64,000 nt of DNA from Felis catus (taxonomy: Eukaryota), in NCBI RefSeq assembly GCF_018350175.1, contig NC_058368.1:137084001-137148000 (forward strand). The letters run 5' to 3'. The notes under the pieces were generated by a model that was not told the DNA's origin, did no database searches, and saw only the letters and a list, made by a program, of their open reading frames with translations. Both the position numbers and the translations under genes were made by a program. The stretch's first letter is position 1; every line of letters begins with the position of its first letter. Positions 60,580-64,000 of the stretch are shown here, piece after piece.

Positions 60580-60880
60580 TGGAAGGGTACTTCACCAAGA
60601 TGCAGTTCTCATCCCAAGTGAAGGACAGAGCAGACAGATTGCGTGAAAGCATCCCAGACTGTCATGCAGTTCCAAGAAGTTTCCGCACAAGCCTTTGGGA
60701 GGTCCTTGAGTCCCATGCTGGCTACCAAAGGATTCCCATGTTTCCCTGGAATGGGTCTGCGGTAGTATCTCTGCCACGAGTGGTCACTAGCTGGGAACAG
60801 CCATGGGAGGCATGCCCTCAGTGCAGAGGCAGCATTGGTGTTTGTCTCCACCCCACTCCCTACACCAGGTCTTTATAGGC
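60580..60880 (-). mobile_element. ERVL LTR fragment (MER54/MER73/LTR53-like)
   Basis: Minus strand 'cccattccagggaaacatgggaatcc...gaaacttcttggaactgcatgacagtctgggatgcttt...tccttcacttggg...actgcatc'. Confidence 0.55.
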
Positions 60881-61735
60881 TTAACAGTCTAAGCTTCCCC
60901 ATCACATCCTAGCACTCCCCCTCCCAGAACAGGAGAGAAAGGACAACCAGACATTTGAGTGGAGCTACACCAAAGCAGAGGAAAGTGGACAAGCCTGGGG
61001 TGGGGGGGGCAGGAAACTGCAGAAACTCAAGCCTGCCTCTTGGGGCATACTTAAAACAGGCACTTGACCAGTGCTCAAAGGTCGCAGATCACAAGGCTCA
61101 GGCTAGTAGTCCTGGTTGGAACAGGAAGGCTGTTTGCTGGGTCTACAGCATTTCAGTTTAACCCAAAAGGTTACCTCTGCTTGTAATAAAAACCCAGTCA
61201 ATATATGTGCCCAGAAAGTCTTTCCTGCAATCCATTCCTAATTTTCACCTAACCCCAATCGACACATTTAAATAAATGCTGACCAGAATTTGGAAAGTGG
61301 GTTCCCAATGGAAATAAATGATTTAAAATGCCCACTGGTTCAAGATTCCATTATTTCCCTTCTCTTTAAAAACAGTAGCGGTTCTGGAGTAGCCGGAAAT
61401 GGCTCTTTTGGAAAACTTTGAGTAAAAACACCATGAAATGGTAAAGTCCCATACAGATTCTTAGTGACAGTGTACAGCATCATGACCATCAGACCCCTCA
61501 GTTTACCTGGAAAGCTACTGCATTCAGGGCCTAGGGCCTCTGATTGGACAATTACAGACCTTCATCTCTAGCCTCTGGCTTCTAATGTCTTCATGAAGAA
61601 TCTGGGGTGTTGCCATGGAAAACATTCCCAGCTGGTGCACCAAATTCAGGCTGTTTTTAAGTTTGAGTCTGGCTGGTGCATATTATCTTGTGGCCAGGCT
61701 TTGATATAACCGTATTCAGAGATTCACAACATACA

Positions 61736-61738
<3 letters not shown>

Positions 61739-61778
<40 letters not shown>

Positions 61779-61780
61779 AC
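61739..61780. repeat. (AC)n microsatellite
   Basis: Direct read. Confidence 0.95.
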
Positions 61781-62049
61781 CATGAAAAGAAAAATCAAAT
61801 GGGGAACAACTTCTGATGATATTCCATGATTTTCCCCCACTCAATTCCTATTTTGGTAAAATATGAGGAAATATGAGGTCTGAAATTTAGGAATATTATG
61901 AATCAAAGAATTTCTTGCTTTCTCTTACATCCTATGTATAGTGTGGCCAACATTACACACCGAGCAACTAGAGGAAGTAAACAAGAAAAAGGAGTTTTAA
62001 AGGAGGAAAGCTATGGTTTAAAGTATAGATTGTACTCCAGTAATGGACC

Positions 62050-62630
62050 AAAGATCCATACAAGGACAGAGATAATATATCTATAAGAAAACACAATGAT
62101 TTTAAAATAGTGTCTTCTGCAACAACATGGATGAATATCTCAAGAATATTAAGTTGTGCAAAAGAAGCCACAAATAAAAGAATACACTATGTTGTACCAT
62201 GTATACGGAGCTTAAAACTAATATTTGGCAATAAAAGTCAGAGTTGTGGTTTTCTAAGGCAGGTTGAAGGGGAGATTAACTCGAAAGGACCATGAGGGAA
62301 TCTTCTGGAGTAACAAGATGTTCCATATCTTAATTTGGGTGATAGTTACACATCGGCAGTAGGCTGAGTCTGGCTCTCATGCTCCTGAGAGGCAGTTCCT
62401 AAATAATCGGGATAATTTTGTGAGCCAGTTGTTAAACCATTGCTAGCTTGAATCAGCCATGGTGGGAATATTTAAACCATGAAAATTAATAAAAGTTACA
62501 AATCAGGCTTTGTTTTTTGTCCACAGAGTTGGCTTACTAGCACATCCCTGAATACATTTATCAGATCCCATCCCAGGGTACACTTAAGATTCATGAAGTT
62601 TCCTAGATATAAATTATGCCCCAGTAAAGC
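62050..62630 (+). mobile_element. L1ME-like 3' end interrupted by MER63A
   Basis: 'gcaacaacatggatgaatatctca...aaaagaagcca...aagtcaga...catgagggaatcttctggag...tacacttaagatt...aaattat'. Confidence 0.75.
62357..62550. mobile_element. MER63A hAT-Blackjack MITE
   Basis: 'ttttgtgagccagttgttaaacc...tagcttgaatcagccatggtgggaatatttaaaccatg...tacaaatcagg...tagcacatccctg'. Confidence 0.8.
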
Positions 62631-62632
62631 AC

Positions 62633-62635
<3 letters not shown>

Positions 62636-62686
<51 letters not shown>
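62636..62686. repeat. (AC)n microsatellite at the L1ME tail
   Basis: Direct read. Confidence 0.95.
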
Positions 62687-62688
<2 letters not shown>

Positions 62689-62983
62689 AGAGAGAAAAGC
62701 TGAAACAGTGTCTTCAACTAGTGACCTAGTCCAGTTCATGCATGACTTTCATGCCCTCAAGTGTCTTTTCAAACCCTCATGGAGTTCTGTTTTCTAAAAC
62801 CGAGGATCATGGTAACTAATTGCATACAGCTGGTTTGGCACTGGGTACTCTTAAAGTCTTTGAACTTATTTAATTCACATATAACTACTTTTAATACAAT
62901 ATCTATCCTAATTTTTACCCCCACTCTTAAAAGATACTTCACATAACATATAGTTGCACCCCACTTTAAAAAAAAAAGTTTAA

Positions 62984-63200
62984 GGGGCGCCTGGGTGGCT
63001 CAGTCAGTTGGGCGTCCGACTTCAGCTCAGGTCACGATCTCGCGGTCTGTGAGTTCGAGCCCCGCGTCGGGCTCTGGGCTGATGGCTCGGAGCCTGGAGC
63101 CTGCTTCCGATTCTGTGTCTCCCTCTCTCTCTGACCTTCCCCCGTTCATGCTCTGTCTCTCTCTGTCCCAAAAATAAATAAACGTTAAAAAAAATTAAAA
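62984..63200 (+). mobile_element. Young Can-SINE (SINEC_Fc-like)
   Basis: Many intact CpGs; TSD a(n)gtttaa on both sides. Confidence 0.96.
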
Positions 63201-63399
63201 AAAAAAGTTTAATATGTAAAGATTTTGATATGCCAAACAGAGCAAATATTATATTACTGAATATTAGTTCACAAAGTATTCTTTTTAATTAGGTAAATCC
63301 CTTATAGGTTCTATGTTTTATTTTCATTACTTTTTGTAGGTTTTTCATCCATAAAAAGGGCACATTGGGTGCTATCCAACTCAAATAATACAAAAAGGC

Positions 63400-63800
63400 A
63401 AAAGAAAATGCCCCTCCCCAGACTCTATCCCAAGTGCCACCCTGTAAAGGTAGCCATGATTAAACATTAGGAGTTATCTGCCCAGTCTTTTTCTATACCT
63501 ATATTGTTGTACCTGAATCAAAACTTATAAATATATACACACGTAAATATAATACGCTCATTATGCATAATGGCACATAACTTGGTCTGTTTATTTAATA
63601 TTCTGTGGTCACCTTTCCTTTGCAGTATAGATTAGCTCCACCTTATGTTTTTTAAAAGCTTCATACGACCTGCACCACTATTGATTTAATCAGTCTCTTT
63701 TGCAAAACGTTTAGGCTTTTTCCAAGCCGTCATCGTTGCAACATGCCAAAATGAACACCCTTGGATTATGTGGAATCATTTGAAATTACTGTTTTTGTAT
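63400..63800 (-). mobile_element. Old L1ME-like 3' fragment
   Basis: 'ctgcaccactattgatttaatcagtctc...tttaggctttttcca...tgaacacccttg'. Confidence 0.4.
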
Positions 63801-63854
63801 ATGAGAATGGTTGATCACAATAATTTTATATGATTCAGGCTATACATTTGTGGG

Positions 63855-64000
63855 TTTTTTTAATTTTTGTTTAATCTTTATTCATTTTTGAGAAGACAGA
63901 GAGAACACAGCGTGAACTGGGAAGGGACAGAGAGAGAGGGAGACAGAATCCAAAGCAGGCTCCAGGCTCTGAGCTGTCAGCACAGAGCCGGACGTGGGGC
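63855..64000 (-). mobile_element. Can-SINE (cut by window edge)
   Basis: 'gagagagggagacagaatccaaagcaggctccaggctctgagctgtcagcacagagcc'. Confidence 0.93.

Noticed and set aside
4400..63177. Recurrent ~60-aa ORF family 'MAQSV...SSSPASGS...[17 protein letters not shown]' (e.g. 4400, 19080, 27286, 36347, 52848, 62995)
   Set aside because: These are translations of Can-SINE copies, not a gene family.
3498..64000. tRNA-like A/B-box sequences (tggctcagtcggttaag...gttcgagccc)
   Set aside because: tRNA-derived SINE heads followed by CT tract and A tail; not tRNA genes.

Overview
Repeat-dense, non-coding mammalian DNA, almost certainly felid (cat lineage): it holds about 30 tRNA-derived Can-SINEs, several matching the felid SINEC_Fc type. 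No host protein-coding exon, RNA gene, CpG island or CRISPR array could be recognised; the supplied ORFs are SINE/L1/microsatellite-derived or look like chance ORFs. The window is intergenic or deep intronic. It also carries L1 fragments, L2 and MIR relics, MaLR/ERVL LTRs, hAT and Tigger DNA-transposon fossils, and a truncated class I ERV (LTR-PBS-leader-gag). The most notable structures read directly from sequence are: (1) an L1 with a probable ~120-bp 3' transduction inside a 15-bp TSD, nested in a two-LTR MLT1F-like element with a 5-bp TSD; (2) a four-level L2>MLT2>L1>SINE nest with TSDs; (3) an inverted L1; (4) a MER53 palindrome with a miR-1302-like arm; (5) inverted and dimeric SINE pairs. 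Subfamily names come from recalled consensus sequences, not a database search, and boundaries of old elements are approximate. I found no evidence for a genuinely new biological system.
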